Assembly: GCA_016934735.1 (NCBI GenBank)
Contig: JAFGSG010000110.1
Coordinates: forward strand, 1,457-65,456
Reading direction: 5' to 3'
From: Spirochaetota bacterium
GTDB lineage: Bacteria; Spirochaetota; UBA4802; JAFGDQ01
DNA length: 64,000 nt
Part shown: one piece after another, positions 40,950-50,885 of the stretch
Numbering within the stretch: position 1 is the stretch's first letter
Layout: every line of letters starts with the position of its first letter
Translations under genes and position numbers: made by a program
The notes under the pieces: model-generated
Database searches by the model: none
Told to the model about the DNA's origin: nothing
Seen by the model: the letters and a program-made list of their open reading frames with translations, nothing else

Positions 40950-42620
40950 ATGCAATTCAATACGTATTCATTTGCATTATTTTTTATTTGCTTTTTAATT
41001 GTTTATCATTTATCGAGAAAAAAAATACGCTTGCAGAATATAACTCTGCTTCTGGCAAGTTATGTCTTTTATTCAGTATGGGATCCACGATTTTTATTTA
41101 TACTCATTGTTCCGACCGTACTGGATTATTTATTTGCAAAGACGATACAACATGGTCATGTGGGAACCGGACTGAGGCTTAAATTATCCGGGATTTTGAT
41201 TTTATCTTTTTTTGTATTGGTTTTTGTGAGGCATGAAGCTTTTTCTTTACATATATCCTCTTTCCCTGATTGCTTTACGGTAGATTGGCCAAACATTATT
41301 AACTCTTACGGCTGGAAGCTTTTAGCGCTCATTTTAATTGTATTGTGTTTGATAAATATTCTGTTCCCGGTTACACGTAAATGGGATCACAGAAGACGAA
41401 GCAAACTTTTCGTAACTCTTAGTATAATTTTCAGTCTCTCTTTGCTCGGATTTTTCAAATATTTTAATTTTTTCACAGAGAGTTTCATTCTGCTGGCTAA
41501 AAATTTGTTTGGAATCACCGGCGATCCGAATATTTTAAAAATTTTATTACCAATCGGGATATCTTTTTATATTTTTAAAACAATAAGTTATGTAGTTGAT
41601 GTATACAGAAGTAATATCAAATGTTCGGAGAGCCTTCTCGATTTTGCCGTTTATCTTGCGTTTTTTCCGCAGCTTCTCGCAGGCCCTATTGACAGGGCGG
41701 GAAATCTTCTCCCTCAAATACAGAATCCCAGGCCGGGTTTAACGTTCGGGAGCGTACGCGAAGGTGTCTGGCTTTTTATGTGGGGATTGTTTAAAAAAGT
41801 TGTAGTTGCCGATAATATCGCAATTATTGTGAATGAAATTTTCGGACCGTATAATATCCCTGTATCTCCTGTTGTTATTCCTGAAGACGGATTACGGATG
41901 CTAGTGGGTATATATGCTTTTACAATACAGATATATGCCGATTTTTCAGGTTATACGGATATGTCCCGCGGTATTGCCAGACTGCTTGGTTTTAATACCA
42001 TGCTGAATTTTAATCTCCCATATTTTTCCATTACACCCGGTGTTTTCTGGAGACGCTGGCACATTAGCCTTTCGACATGGCTTCGGGATTATCTTTATAT
42101 TCCTCTTGGCGGGAACCGCTGCTCGGAGTTAAAGATATATCGCAATACAATGATAACTATGCTGTTGGGAGGATTATGGCATGGGGCCTCATGGACCTTT
42201 GTTCTATGGGGCGGCTATCACGGTATATTAATGGTCATATTTAGATTTCTAGGTATAGAAAAAAATCATAAAGAATATATCTTATGGAAAAAAGTAATTA
42301 CCGGATTCATTACCTTTAATTTAATTGCTTTCGGATGGTTGCTTTTCAGGTCAGAAAATATTACAACAGTTATGGTCTTCATTAAATCAATATTTTTAAG
42401 TCCTTCCGGTTCTATCGAAGCATGGGAATATTTTATCTCGATTTTAAATTTTTCATGGTTCCTGGTGCTTTTTCAAATAATCCAGGCATGGACGAAAAAA
42501 CTTGATCCTTTGTCTATTTATAATTGGTTCGTAAGGCTTAATGTGTGGATTTATCTTATATTTGCATTAATGATGATAACGCCTGTAAAAAAACCTGAAT
42601 TTATATATTTTGCATTCTAA
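40950..42620 (+). CDS. MBOAT O-acyltransferase (AlgI/PatA-like)
   Basis: GFFKYFNFF, LPIGISFY, FFPQLLAGPI, YADFSGYTD, NFNLPY, FWRRWHISLSTWLRDYLYIPLGG, GLWHGA. Confidence 0.93.
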   Translation: MQFNTYSFALFFICFLIVYHLSRKKIRLQNITLLLASYVFYSVWDPRFLFILIVPTVLDYLFAKTIQHGHVGTGLRLKLSGILILSFFVLVFVRHEAFSLHISSFPDCFTVDWPNIINSYGWKLLALILIVLCLINILFPVTRKWDHRRRSKLFVTLSIIFSLSLLGFFKYFNFFTESFILLAKNLFGITGDPNILKILLPIGISFYIFKTISYVVDVYRSNIKCSESLLDFAVYLAFFPQLLAGPIDRAGNLLPQIQNPRPGLTFGSVREGVWLFMWGLFKKVVVADNIAIIVNEIFGPYNIPVSPVVIPEDGLRMLVGIYAFTIQIYADFSGYTDMSRGIARLLGFNTMLNFNLPYFSITPGVFWRRWHISLSTWLRDYLYIPLGGNRCSELKIYRNTMITMLLGGLWHGASWTFVLWGGYHGILMVIFRFLGIEKNHKEYILWKKVITGFITFNLIAFGWLLFRSENITTVMVFIKSIFLSPSGSIEAWEYFISILNFSWFLVLFQIIQAWTKKLDPLSIYNWFVRLNVWIYLIFALMMITPVKKPEFIYFAF

Positions 42621-43719
42621 TATAGAAAGAAAAATGAAATTACAAAAAGTAATTACTGAATCGGTCTGGTTTAAAATAATAATCTGCATATTATATTCCA
42701 TTTTTGCGTTTGAGATATTATTCAGATATATCTCACCCGTACCGATTATTCCCCGATATGTTACCGGTACATCGTTTGGGATCAGAGGGAATATGCCAAA
42801 TATGAATTACTGGCATAAATCAGCCGATTTTAAAATTAATATCAGAACTAATTTAAAGGGTATCAGAGCGGATGAAGAAATTACGTATCTGAAACCACGG
42901 GGAGTAAAGCGTATAGTGGTTCTTGGAGACTCGTTCGGAATGGGATATGAAGTAAATCTTGAAGATTCATTTCTAGAAAGAATGAAAGAATATCTTTTAA
43001 AATCAGGGAAGAAAGTTCAAATTGTCAATTTAAGCGTATCGGGGCATGGTAACGCAGAGCAGCTAATAATGTTAAAAAATGAAGGAGTTAAATATCTACC
43101 GGATATCGTTTTGCTATGCTGGCATGGAGGGACGGACCTTGATGATAACCCAAGATCAAATCTCTATATTTTAGAGAATGGAATTTTAAAAAGGAATGCG
43201 GAAACATATTTACCTGGAATTAAAATAAGTGACAGATTATATAAAATTCCATTATTTATACCAATTTCGGAAAACAGCCATATTTATAACTGGGCACGCG
43301 ATGAAGCAGGCAGGAAAATAAAAATATTATTTTCGGAATTTCGAAATTTACAAACAAAATTTGCAGTAAAAAGACCAAAAGCAGAAAGCAATATCAAAAA
43401 CCGTGATGACTATTCTGAAAAATTGACAATCGCTCTTCTTAAAAAAATGGAAGAAGAATGTAAAAAGATTCACTCAAAATTCGTTGTTTTCGATATACCA
43501 AATCAAAAAGAAAGATTTAAATTTTATTCCGTTTTTCCCAAAAAGAATAATAATTTCCCAATAGAACACATTGTCAGTCCAATCCAAATATTCCATAAAA
43601 ATATTGTTAAAAGAGAGCTTTTAATCAATGAACGTTCGCATTTTCATTTTACACCCAAAGCGTGCAGGCTTGCCGGACAAGTACTGTCGGAATATATTAT
43701 AAATAATAACCTGCTTTAA
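42610..43719 (+). CDS. SGNH-superfamily periplasmic protein (AlgJ/PatB-like partner)
   Basis: N-terminal TM; VLGDSFG, NLSVSGHG, ERSHF. Confidence 0.75.
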   Translation: MHSNIERKMKLQKVITESVWFKIIICILYSIFAFEILFRYISPVPIIPRYVTGTSFGIRGNMPNMNYWHKSADFKINIRTNLKGIRADEEITYLKPRGVKRIVVLGDSFGMGYEVNLEDSFLERMKEYLLKSGKKVQIVNLSVSGHGNAEQLIMLKNEGVKYLPDIVLLCWHGGTDLDDNPRSNLYILENGILKRNAETYLPGIKISDRLYKIPLFIPISENSHIYNWARDEAGRKIKILFSEFRNLQTKFAVKRPKAESNIKNRDDYSEKLTIALLKKMEEECKKIHSKFVVFDIPNQKERFKFYSVFPKKNNNFPIEHIVSPIQIFHKNIVKRELLINERSHFHFTPKACRLAGQVLSEYIINNNLL

Positions 43720-43844
43720 ACATTCCTTGTTTAACAAAGCGTACGTCCCAAAACCAATAGCTAAATGGAAAATCCGTCTTACTACTGACAATTATTATTC
43801 ATAAAGAGCCAAATCAATACTATCTATAATTTCCTGCGGAATTA

Positions 43845-43913
43845 GGGCTTAGCCCATCGTCTTCGGATCAGGTGCAAACGGGCATCCTGTCCTCACCTGA
43901 CACTAAGGCATCC
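43845..43913. repeat. Degenerate REP-like palindrome
   Basis: TCAGGTG/CACCTGA stem (43868-43900) and GGCATCC twice (43881, 43907). Confidence 0.4.
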
Positions 43914-44273
43914 ATTACTGTCGCCTCAGACAATACTCGAAAATCATAGATAGTATTAATTTGATCATATATTGCCTGTTGTTTTAAATAGGTTTTGGTT
44001 TGCAACCAAAACCATCAACATCAATTCCTTGCATAAACATATAATTTAATTAATTTTTTGTAAAAAAATTTTTTCAAAAGTTGACGTTTTAAACTTCTTT
44101 TATTATATTCCATTGATTTGCATGCGGGCTTTACCGGTTTGCATGTAATTCTCAAGCTGCAACTTGAGATAACTTTAGGGGTGTTTCTGGTTTGACTGTC
44201 GACATACTAAATAGCATTTTAATAAGTGCCGTTAGGAATTCTTTTAGCCATATTATAGTTCGGTTGAATAGAA

Positions 44274-45716
44274 ATGCCCTTCAAAATTTTATTAATAGGA
44301 GCATTTGCTATGGATACAACAACCAGACTATCAACAGAATTATACGGTTTAAAATTAAAAATTCCTGACATTTTAACCAAATCATTATCTTATCTGTTAA
44401 ACATTTTTAAAAAAATCATTAATTTTAATGTATGTGCTGTTCTTATTTCCATACTATTATGTATAACATTGATTATATTTTCAGGCTGCAGTATGGAGAA
44501 TGTTGAAACATATTCATCTGAAACAGGTTCATTGCAGTTAGAAATTACTGAATCTAAAAATAATAACTTAAATGAAGAAGATGAAGAATCAACTGTATCA
44601 TCATATAAAATTGATCTGGAAGGCCCTGAAAAGGAGATTATAAATACAGATACGGATAAAGAAGGGAGAATTGGGATAGATAATTTGAATCCTGGTTTTT
44701 GGTTTGTAAATATTAATGCAATGAATAGAAGACGTGTAACAATAGGGTCAAAAAGAGTAAATGTTCGAATAATCAAATATAAAAAAGTAATTCATGAAGT
44801 AAATATAACGATCGGTGAACCCGATCCGACTCCAGATCCAGATCCAGATCCAGATCCGGATCCTCAACCGGATCCTCAAACCGGAATTAAGGGATGGGAA
44901 CTTAATCTGACTAATACAGGTCTGGGCGGCAACTATAATAATCTTACAGCCATAAATCCTTCATCGGTTGGGCGTCTTTCCGACGGCGTTTTATATGTTA
45001 CTATTTCGAATGTAACTATTGAAGATAAATTAATATCAAACCAAATCAATGTGGAATCCGCAAGCAATGTGAATTTTTTCAGATGTTTAATAAAACCGTG
45101 TGGTGTCGGCTCAGGAATGCCGGCTATAAGCGATCCAAACGGAGCGCTTACTTTAATTGATTGTGAAATAGACGGCAGCGATATTTCAAATTCGCAGGTA
45201 ACATATTGTATAGGTTATTCCGGATTTGGCAGTATTATAAGATGCAATATTCATCATGTAGCTTCCGGATTGAAAATCGGGAATAAAAATTCAGTTCAGT
45301 CCGTTGCTGAACAAAACTATATACACGATCTCAGATGGATTTCCCCGGCTCATATGGACGGAATAACTATCCGTCAAAGCAACGGTTCCGGTGGATGTTT
45401 GATAAAAAATAATAGAGCTATAACAGGATCTGCTGCAGGGAGTACGGGGGCATGCTTTATTCAAGCTCAAACTTATGTCAATAATGTAATCGTAGAAGGT
45501 AATTTATGGGAAGGCTACGGGACAAATTTAGCACTTGAGGCAAACAGCGGTGGATACGGGAACAACATGATTGCCAGGAATAACAGATTCAATGCATACA
45601 CAAGCAATGGAGAAGTGTATGTCAGCGGAGGAGGCGGATGGTCAGAGTGGACTGAAAATTATATAAATGATCCGTCTGCTGTGGATAATAAAGGAGCTGT
45701 TGTTAATATCAGGTAA
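44274..45716 (+). CDS. Lipoprotein: Ig-like domain + Pro-Asp linker + beta-helix domain, paralog 3
   Basis: Lipobox FSGC; PDPTPDPDPDPDPDPQPDPQ; KGWELNLTNTGL, PAHMDG, STGACFIQ, NNRFNAY, GWSEWTENY. The real start is probably downstream of 44274. Confidence 0.7.
   Translation: MPFKILLIGAFAMDTTTRLSTELYGLKLKIPDILTKSLSYLLNIFKKIINFNVCAVLISILLCITLIIFSGCSMENVETYSSETGSLQLEITESKNNNLNEEDEESTVSSYKIDLEGPEKEIINTDTDKEGRIGIDNLNPGFWFVNINAMNRRRVTIGSKRVNVRIIKYKKVIHEVNITIGEPDPTPDPDPDPDPDPQPDPQTGIKGWELNLTNTGLGGNYNNLTAINPSSVGRLSDGVLYVTISNVTIEDKLISNQINVESASNVNFFRCLIKPCGVGSGMPAISDPNGALTLIDCEIDGSDISNSQVTYCIGYSGFGSIIRCNIHHVASGLKIGNKNSVQSVAEQNYIHDLRWISPAHMDGITIRQSNGSGGCLIKNNRAITGSAAGSTGACFIQAQTYVNNVIVEGNLWEGYGTNLALEANSGGYGNNMIARNNRFNAYTSNGEVYVSGGGGWSEWTENYINDPSAVDNKGAVVNIR
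44820..44879 (+). repeat. 6-bp tandem repeat (CCAGAT-type) encoding the Pro-Asp linker
   Basis: Four perfect CCAGAT units at 44832-44855 with degenerate flanking units. Confidence 0.9.
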
Positions 45717-45758
45717 TTTGATTTTTATAGCAGTTAACGAAATACTTGGTACAATAAT

Positions 45759-45829
45759 GCATCCTTCGATTCTGCTCAGGATGCGGCATTTCCGCTGGTT
45801 GAGCTTAGTCGAAACCAGCGGAAAGTGCT
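45759..45829. repeat. Inverted pair of REP-like palindromes, TTCGAC..GCTCA family
   Basis: GCATCCT-TCGATTCTGCTC-AGGATGC, then TTTCCGCTGGTT-GAGCTTAGTCGA-AACCAGCGGAAA (the loop reads TTCGACTAAGCTCA on the minus strand). Confidence 0.75.
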
Positions 45830-45884
45830 AATTCAATCGTTAATAGCTCTAATTGATAATTAGCAGCAAACATTTTAATTTTTC

Positions 45885-45928
45885 TGAATCAATCCAATCC
45901 GATTAAACAACGCGATTGGATTGATTCA
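45885..45928. terminator. Long hairpin, possible terminator
   Basis: TGAATCAATCCAATC / GATTGGATTGATTCA perfect 15-bp stem. Confidence 0.55.
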
Positions 45929-46146
45929 TTTATTATTCTGCATCAGAGAAGATTTTTATTGGCCTCTCGAACGAAAGAATGGATTTATATAAAAATATTT
46001 TTAAATAAATTCTCAAATTATTTTACTCGACTATTTTTATATCTTCTTATAATTTACTCCACAAGTATATATAACATTATTTTTAAAAGTGAATTCAAAA
46101 ACCTTATATTAACATAAAACAATAATTTTTTTAAAGGTGATTCATT

Positions 46147-47097
46147 ATGATAGATGTTTCGATTGTAATCGTAAACTGGAATACTCAAGATCTGCTTGTA
46201 GACTGTATAAAATCTTTAAAAAAAGAAACCAAATTATGCAAAATTGAGATTATTGTAGTGGACAATGCTTCATCGGATGAATCGGTTAAAAAAGTAAAGA
46301 AATTATTTCCGGAAGTTATTATAATTGAAAATAAAAACAATCTCGGATTCGCTAAAGCAAACAACCAGGGAATTAATAGATATAAAGGTAAATATGTAAT
46401 CCTTTCGAATACCGATATTGTTGCGCTGGATAATGTTGTTGATAGGATGTTTTTATATATGGAAAAGAATGAAGGAATCGGCGCAATGCTTCCCATGTGC
46501 GTAAATAAAGAAAAGGAAATTGATCTTTGTTGCAGACGATTCCCATCTCTGCGCCTGCAGATTAATGAAGCATTATATTTTGATAAACTTATTTCAAAAA
46601 TAAAATTTTTTCAGGGGAGAGCTCTGCCTAAGTCATTTTATAATTCAACCTGCGACGTGGATTCGGTTCCGTGCTGTTTTATAATGGCAAGCAGGACAGC
46701 GATAGATGATGTAGGATTGTTAGATGAACGTTTTTTTATATACTCGGAAGACATAGACTGGTGTAAAAGATTTCATCAAAAAGGATGGAGAGTTGTTTAT
46801 TTCTCAGATGCAAAGATCATTCATTACGGAGGATCGAGCTCAAAAATCGCTCAGGCAAAATTTCTAATTGAAAAGCATAAATCCGAGCTGCAATACTGGG
46901 AAAAACATCATGGATATTTTAATAAATTTTTATTCAGGTCAATTCTTGTTCTGCATTATTTAATCAGAATAATCGGTTATTGTATTCTTTATTATGTTAA
47001 ACCGGATAAAAAAAAATTATACTCAGAGATAATTAACAATTATTATAAATGTATTATATTTTTAATGTTTAATCGGGAATTAAAGACTAAAAAGTAA
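46147..47097 (+). CDS. Glycosyltransferase family 2 (rhamnosyltransferase-like)
   Basis: SIVIVNWN, VVDNASSD, NLGFAKANNQG, LSNTD, YSEDIDWC. Confidence 0.9.
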   Translation: MIDVSIVIVNWNTQDLLVDCIKSLKKETKLCKIEIIVVDNASSDESVKKVKKLFPEVIIIENKNNLGFAKANNQGINRYKGKYVILSNTDIVALDNVVDRMFLYMEKNEGIGAMLPMCVNKEKEIDLCCRRFPSLRLQINEALYFDKLISKIKFFQGRALPKSFYNSTCDVDSVPCCFIMASRTAIDDVGLLDERFFIYSEDIDWCKRFHQKGWRVVYFSDAKIIHYGGSSSKIAQAKFLIEKHKSELQYWEKHHGYFNKFLFRSILVLHYLIRIIGYCILYYVKPDKKKLYSEIINNYYKCIIFLMFNRELKTKK

Positions 47098-47211
47098 CAT
47101 ATAAAAATCTGATTTACCAGCAGTTTTTTAACTTAAAAAATTCCCATTTGTGCTGAAAAGCTACAAATTCAATAACTAAATATTTGTTATTTGAATTTTT
47201 CAGGTGATTAC

Positions 47212-48711
47212 TCAGTTTGAAAAATTTTTTCGAAAAGAAATTCTATCCAAGCCCTCTCTGCATATTTCCATAAATACCGTGAGCTTGAATAATCTGCACA
47301 ACCCAATATAGACCGCACCACCAACGATTATTTGCGATAATAATAATGACCAGACATTTGGAAATGGCAGCAGACTGACTAAATAAACGCAAACTCCCAT
47401 TAAAAGAGAGACACTTATATATGGCAATAAATCGAATATTTGTTCGATAATACTGTAATTCAATAATTTTTTGCTATAATAACTGTTCAAATAATAGCTG
47501 ATAACAGAGGTAATTATCATACCGTAAATCATTGCTGAAATTCCCCAGCGCCATGTAATAGCAATATTGATTACAATTAATATTTTTTTAATAACTTCTA
47601 ACCGAAAAAACAAATTTGATTTGCCCAATGCTTCCAACGCGTTCAGGTTTATTAGATGCATAGGTAATAATAATCCTAAAAAACAAAGCAATTGTAAGTA
47701 TGGAATGGACTCACTCCATTTTTCACCAAATAGCACAATTATCAATGGACGTGAAACCAGGGAGAGACCAAGCATTACGGGAATATTTATAAAAGAAAGA
47801 CTGGTTAATGCTTTTTTCATAACCCTTTTTAATCTTTCACGATCATCCTGAAGCGTTGAGAACACAGGAAATGTGACCCTGCTTACCATACTGCCCAGAG
47901 TTTGAGAAGGCACATCCTGCAAGGTAGATGCACGTGTAAAATAACCCAAATCGGAAGCTGAAAATAATTTACCTATAACTAAAAGATAAATATTATTAAA
48001 AATCTGATTAAGCAATCCCGAAGCAAGCATTCTGGAACCAAATGTAAAAAGAAGACTAAGGGATTTTAAATTAAAAATGGCAGATGGGCGCCATGTATTG
48101 AATATCCATAATAATAGCGTACTTAAAAAAGCTCTTGAAATCTGCTGTATGGCCAGACTCCATACCCCGAAACCATTCAGGGCCATTACAATTCCTATGA
48201 TGCCTGAAACAATACTTGAAACAATATTCGCTTTTGTCAGGATCTTGAAATTGATCTCTTTCGTAACAATAGTAGTCTGTATTAAACCAAATGAATTAAT
48301 TACCAGTACCAGCGAAAGCAAACGTGTAAGCGGGGTGAGAACGGGCTGTTTATAAAAGTCGGCAATCCATGGAGCAGCAAAACATAATAAGGCTGCAAAA
48401 GCGATGCCAACTACAATATTAAAGTAAAAAACCGAGCAAATATCCGTCTGGGTGGCATCGCATTTCTGAATGAGCGCAGAACCGAATCCGCTGTTCAGGA
48501 ATGTCTGGGAGACTGCTATAAAAATTGTCAGCATTCCGATAAGGCCGAATTGTGCCGGGAGCAGCAGCCTGGCTAATATTATACTTATAATGAATTGGAC
48601 TGTCTGCATGCCGATGGTTTCAATAAAACTCCATGAAAGGGCATTAATAGTACTTTTTTTTAGGTTATCTTTCAATATATTACCAAGATATATGTTAAAT
48701 TTTTCATTCAA
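47212..48711 (-). CDS. wzx: Wzx-type flippase (WzxC-like)
   Basis: LARLLLPAQFGLIG, SGFGSALIQK, LGYFTRA, RVTFPVFS, many TM helices. Confidence 0.88.
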   Translation of the reverse strand: MNEKFNIYLGNILKDNLKKSTINALSWSFIETIGMQTVQFIISIILARLLLPAQFGLIGMLTIFIAVSQTFLNSGFGSALIQKCDATQTDICSVFYFNIVVGIAFAALLCFAAPWIADFYKQPVLTPLTRLLSLVLVINSFGLIQTTIVTKEINFKILTKANIVSSIVSGIIGIVMALNGFGVWSLAIQQISRAFLSTLLLWIFNTWRPSAIFNLKSLSLLFTFGSRMLASGLLNQIFNNIYLLVIGKLFSASDLGYFTRASTLQDVPSQTLGSMVSRVTFPVFSTLQDDRERLKRVMKKALTSLSFINIPVMLGLSLVSRPLIIVLFGEKWSESIPYLQLLCFLGLLLPMHLINLNALEALGKSNLFFRLEVIKKILIVINIAITWRWGISAMIYGMIITSVISYYLNSYYSKKLLNYSIIEQIFDLLPYISVSLLMGVCVYLVSLLPFPNVWSLLLSQIIVGGAVYIGLCRLFKLTVFMEICREGLDRISFRKNFSN

Positions 48712-49310
48712 ATAGTTTTTATTTATAATTTTTTAATAATTGCTGATTCAATGATATTTTTATTTATATTCACCTCTGCGACAATGAAATAAAATATTAG
48801 ATATAAAAGATATAATCATTGTATGAAAAATAAATAAACATTGTCAGTTTTAAATTTTTATTGTTCATAGAATTATCCGATGGAATATAATTTACGCTCA
48901 TATGATGTGAAATAAAAAAATTGGAATAAAAGTGGAAAAATTTTTTTAATTTAAAATATTTCTTGAATATTTTCCAACGGATCGATTATATGCATAAATT
49001 ATGTAAAAAAGTTATATTTACTATTATATAACTGGTCTAATTTTCATAAAAATAAATAATTTATTAAGACAAAACATTCTATGGAATAATGTCAAGCTCT
49101 TTGTTATTATAATTTTGTGAGTAAGACAGAATTATTAAGGCATATTATAATTGCCGTATCTAAAGGTGCTGAGAAAAAAATATTTGCATATTTTAATCAT
49201 CAGTTAAAGTTGTTCTATGTTATGTAATTTATGCAGAGTAATTTTATAATAAGCCTATGCTTTAGAAATTTATCGTTATTATTACTATAATTTAAATAAA
49301 CTCAGGAGGA

Positions 49311-50453
49311 TTGATTATCAAACCATTTAAAGAACCAATATATGTAACCAGGCCGTTTTTACCTCCATTGAATGAATATGCTGATGGACTAAAGGAAATT
49401 TGGGATAGCAAATGGCTGACAAATAACGGTCCGGTTCTGAACCGTTTCAGCAAAGAGTTATGCGATTACTTTGAAACGGAAAATGTTTGTTTGTTTAATA
49501 ACGGTACGCTGGCCCTTCAGATAGCATTACAAGGTATGGGGATTTCCGGCGAGGTTATAACCACGCCATTCACCTTTGTCGCAACAACACACGCATTGAC
49601 ATGGAATAAAATAAGGCCGGTTTTTGTAGATATTGAACCGGATTACTATACGATCGATCCTGAGAAAGTCGAGGCTGCCATTACTCCGTGGACTACCGCA
49701 ATTCTTGCTGTCCATGTTTACGGCCATCCGTGCATGCTTGACGCTTTAACAGATATTGCGCGAAGATATAATATTAAATTAATATATGATGCAGCGCATG
49801 CCTTTGGAACAAAGGTCGGCCTTAAATCAATTGCCCACTTCGGCGATATGAGTATGTTCAGTTTTCACTCAACCAAGCTTTTCCATTCAATAGAAGGCGG
49901 CATGCTGATCTTTCCGGAAACAGGTTTTAAAAGTACATTCAACTATTTGAAAAATTTCGGTTTTAAGAATGAAGTGGAAGTTGTTATGCCCGGAACAAAT
50001 GCTAAAATGAATGAAATGCAGGCATTAATGGGAATACAGGTATTAAAATATATCAATGAAATAATTGAAAAGCGATCAAAGATAACCAAAATGTACCGCG
50101 ATTGCCTTAAAAATATTCCGGGTATAATACTTCCGCCTCCTTTACCGGCACATATAGAGAATAATCATGCATATATACCTATAGAAGTAATTGAAAAAGA
50201 ATTCGGGATGAGCAGGGATGCGTTGTATGAAAAATTGAAGCTTTATAATGTGTTCTCCCGTCGCTATTTTTTCCCTTTGATATGCGATTTTGCGTGTTAC
50301 CAGGGTTTTCCCGTAGTTGATCCCTTGGATGTAGCTCGTGGAGTCGCAAATCGCATATTATGTCTTCCTATTTATGACGGACTAGATTTGAATGATGTAA
50401 AAATGATATGCGAAATAATTAGAGAATTCCAAACAGGTAAAAATTTATTATAA
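49311..50453 (+). CDS. vioA: DegT/DnrJ aminotransferase, VioA-like (dTDP-4-amino-4,6-dideoxyhexose)
   Basis: YVTRPFLP, WLTNNGP, TTPFTFVAT, YDAAHAFG, SFHSTK (PLP Lys), GTNAKMNE, RRYF. Confidence 0.8.
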   Translation: MIIKPFKEPIYVTRPFLPPLNEYADGLKEIWDSKWLTNNGPVLNRFSKELCDYFETENVCLFNNGTLALQIALQGMGISGEVITTPFTFVATTHALTWNKIRPVFVDIEPDYYTIDPEKVEAAITPWTTAILAVHVYGHPCMLDALTDIARRYNIKLIYDAAHAFGTKVGLKSIAHFGDMSMFSFHSTKLFHSIEGGMLIFPETGFKSTFNYLKNFGFKNEVEVVMPGTNAKMNEMQALMGIQVLKYINEIIEKRSKITKMYRDCLKNIPGIILPPPLPAHIENNHAYIPIEVIEKEFGMSRDALYEKLKLYNVFSRRYFFPLICDFACYQGFPVVDPLDVARGVANRILCLPIYDGLDLNDVKMICEIIREFQTGKNLL

Positions 50454-50599
50454 ATTGCAAAAAAATATTCCACTTTATTGACAAATATTTATAATTATTA
50501 TATCTTATAAAGATTGATTGGATATTTTGTTTTAAAAAATATCGATTATGCTTTGTAGATAGATTAATTTGAATAAGCACTTTGTTCCAAGATATAACA

Positions 50600-50712
50600 C
50601 CTCGATGCTTGCGTCGAAGATGTAAGCAAATCGATAACCTTTTGAAACATAATACCCCGCTGACGCCGAAGACAGAAGTTGGTACAATAGTGCCGAGGGT
50701 TTGCCCCGGGGG
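50600..50712. repeat. Cluster of short GC-rich hairpins, copy B (related to 6563-6591)
   Basis: CCTCGATGCTTGCGTCGAAG; TTGAAACATAATACCCCGCTGACGCCGAA; GCCGAGGGTTTGCCCCGGGGG. Confidence 0.5.
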
Positions 50713-50885
50713 ATTTTATTTAAGTATAATTTGTTAAATCATTTTTTACAATAATTCATCTATAGTATCAGTTTATGACGTACTCGAATAATAATTTCTC
50801 AATCCAATCTCTTATATCTTTTACATTCATAAATTAATATTGGGTTTTTCACTTTAAGATTATTGTTAAAATCAATTAATAATAA

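Noticed and set aside
44105-44200. c-di-GMP-I riboswitch (two GCAAA motifs on the minus strand)
   Set aside because: The spacing is short, the CC..GAAA..GG stem does not pair, and it faces away from the adjacent gene.
44820-44879. CRISPR array
   Set aside because: It is a 6-bp coding microsatellite with no spacers. No repeat-spacer array or cas genes were seen anywhere in the window.
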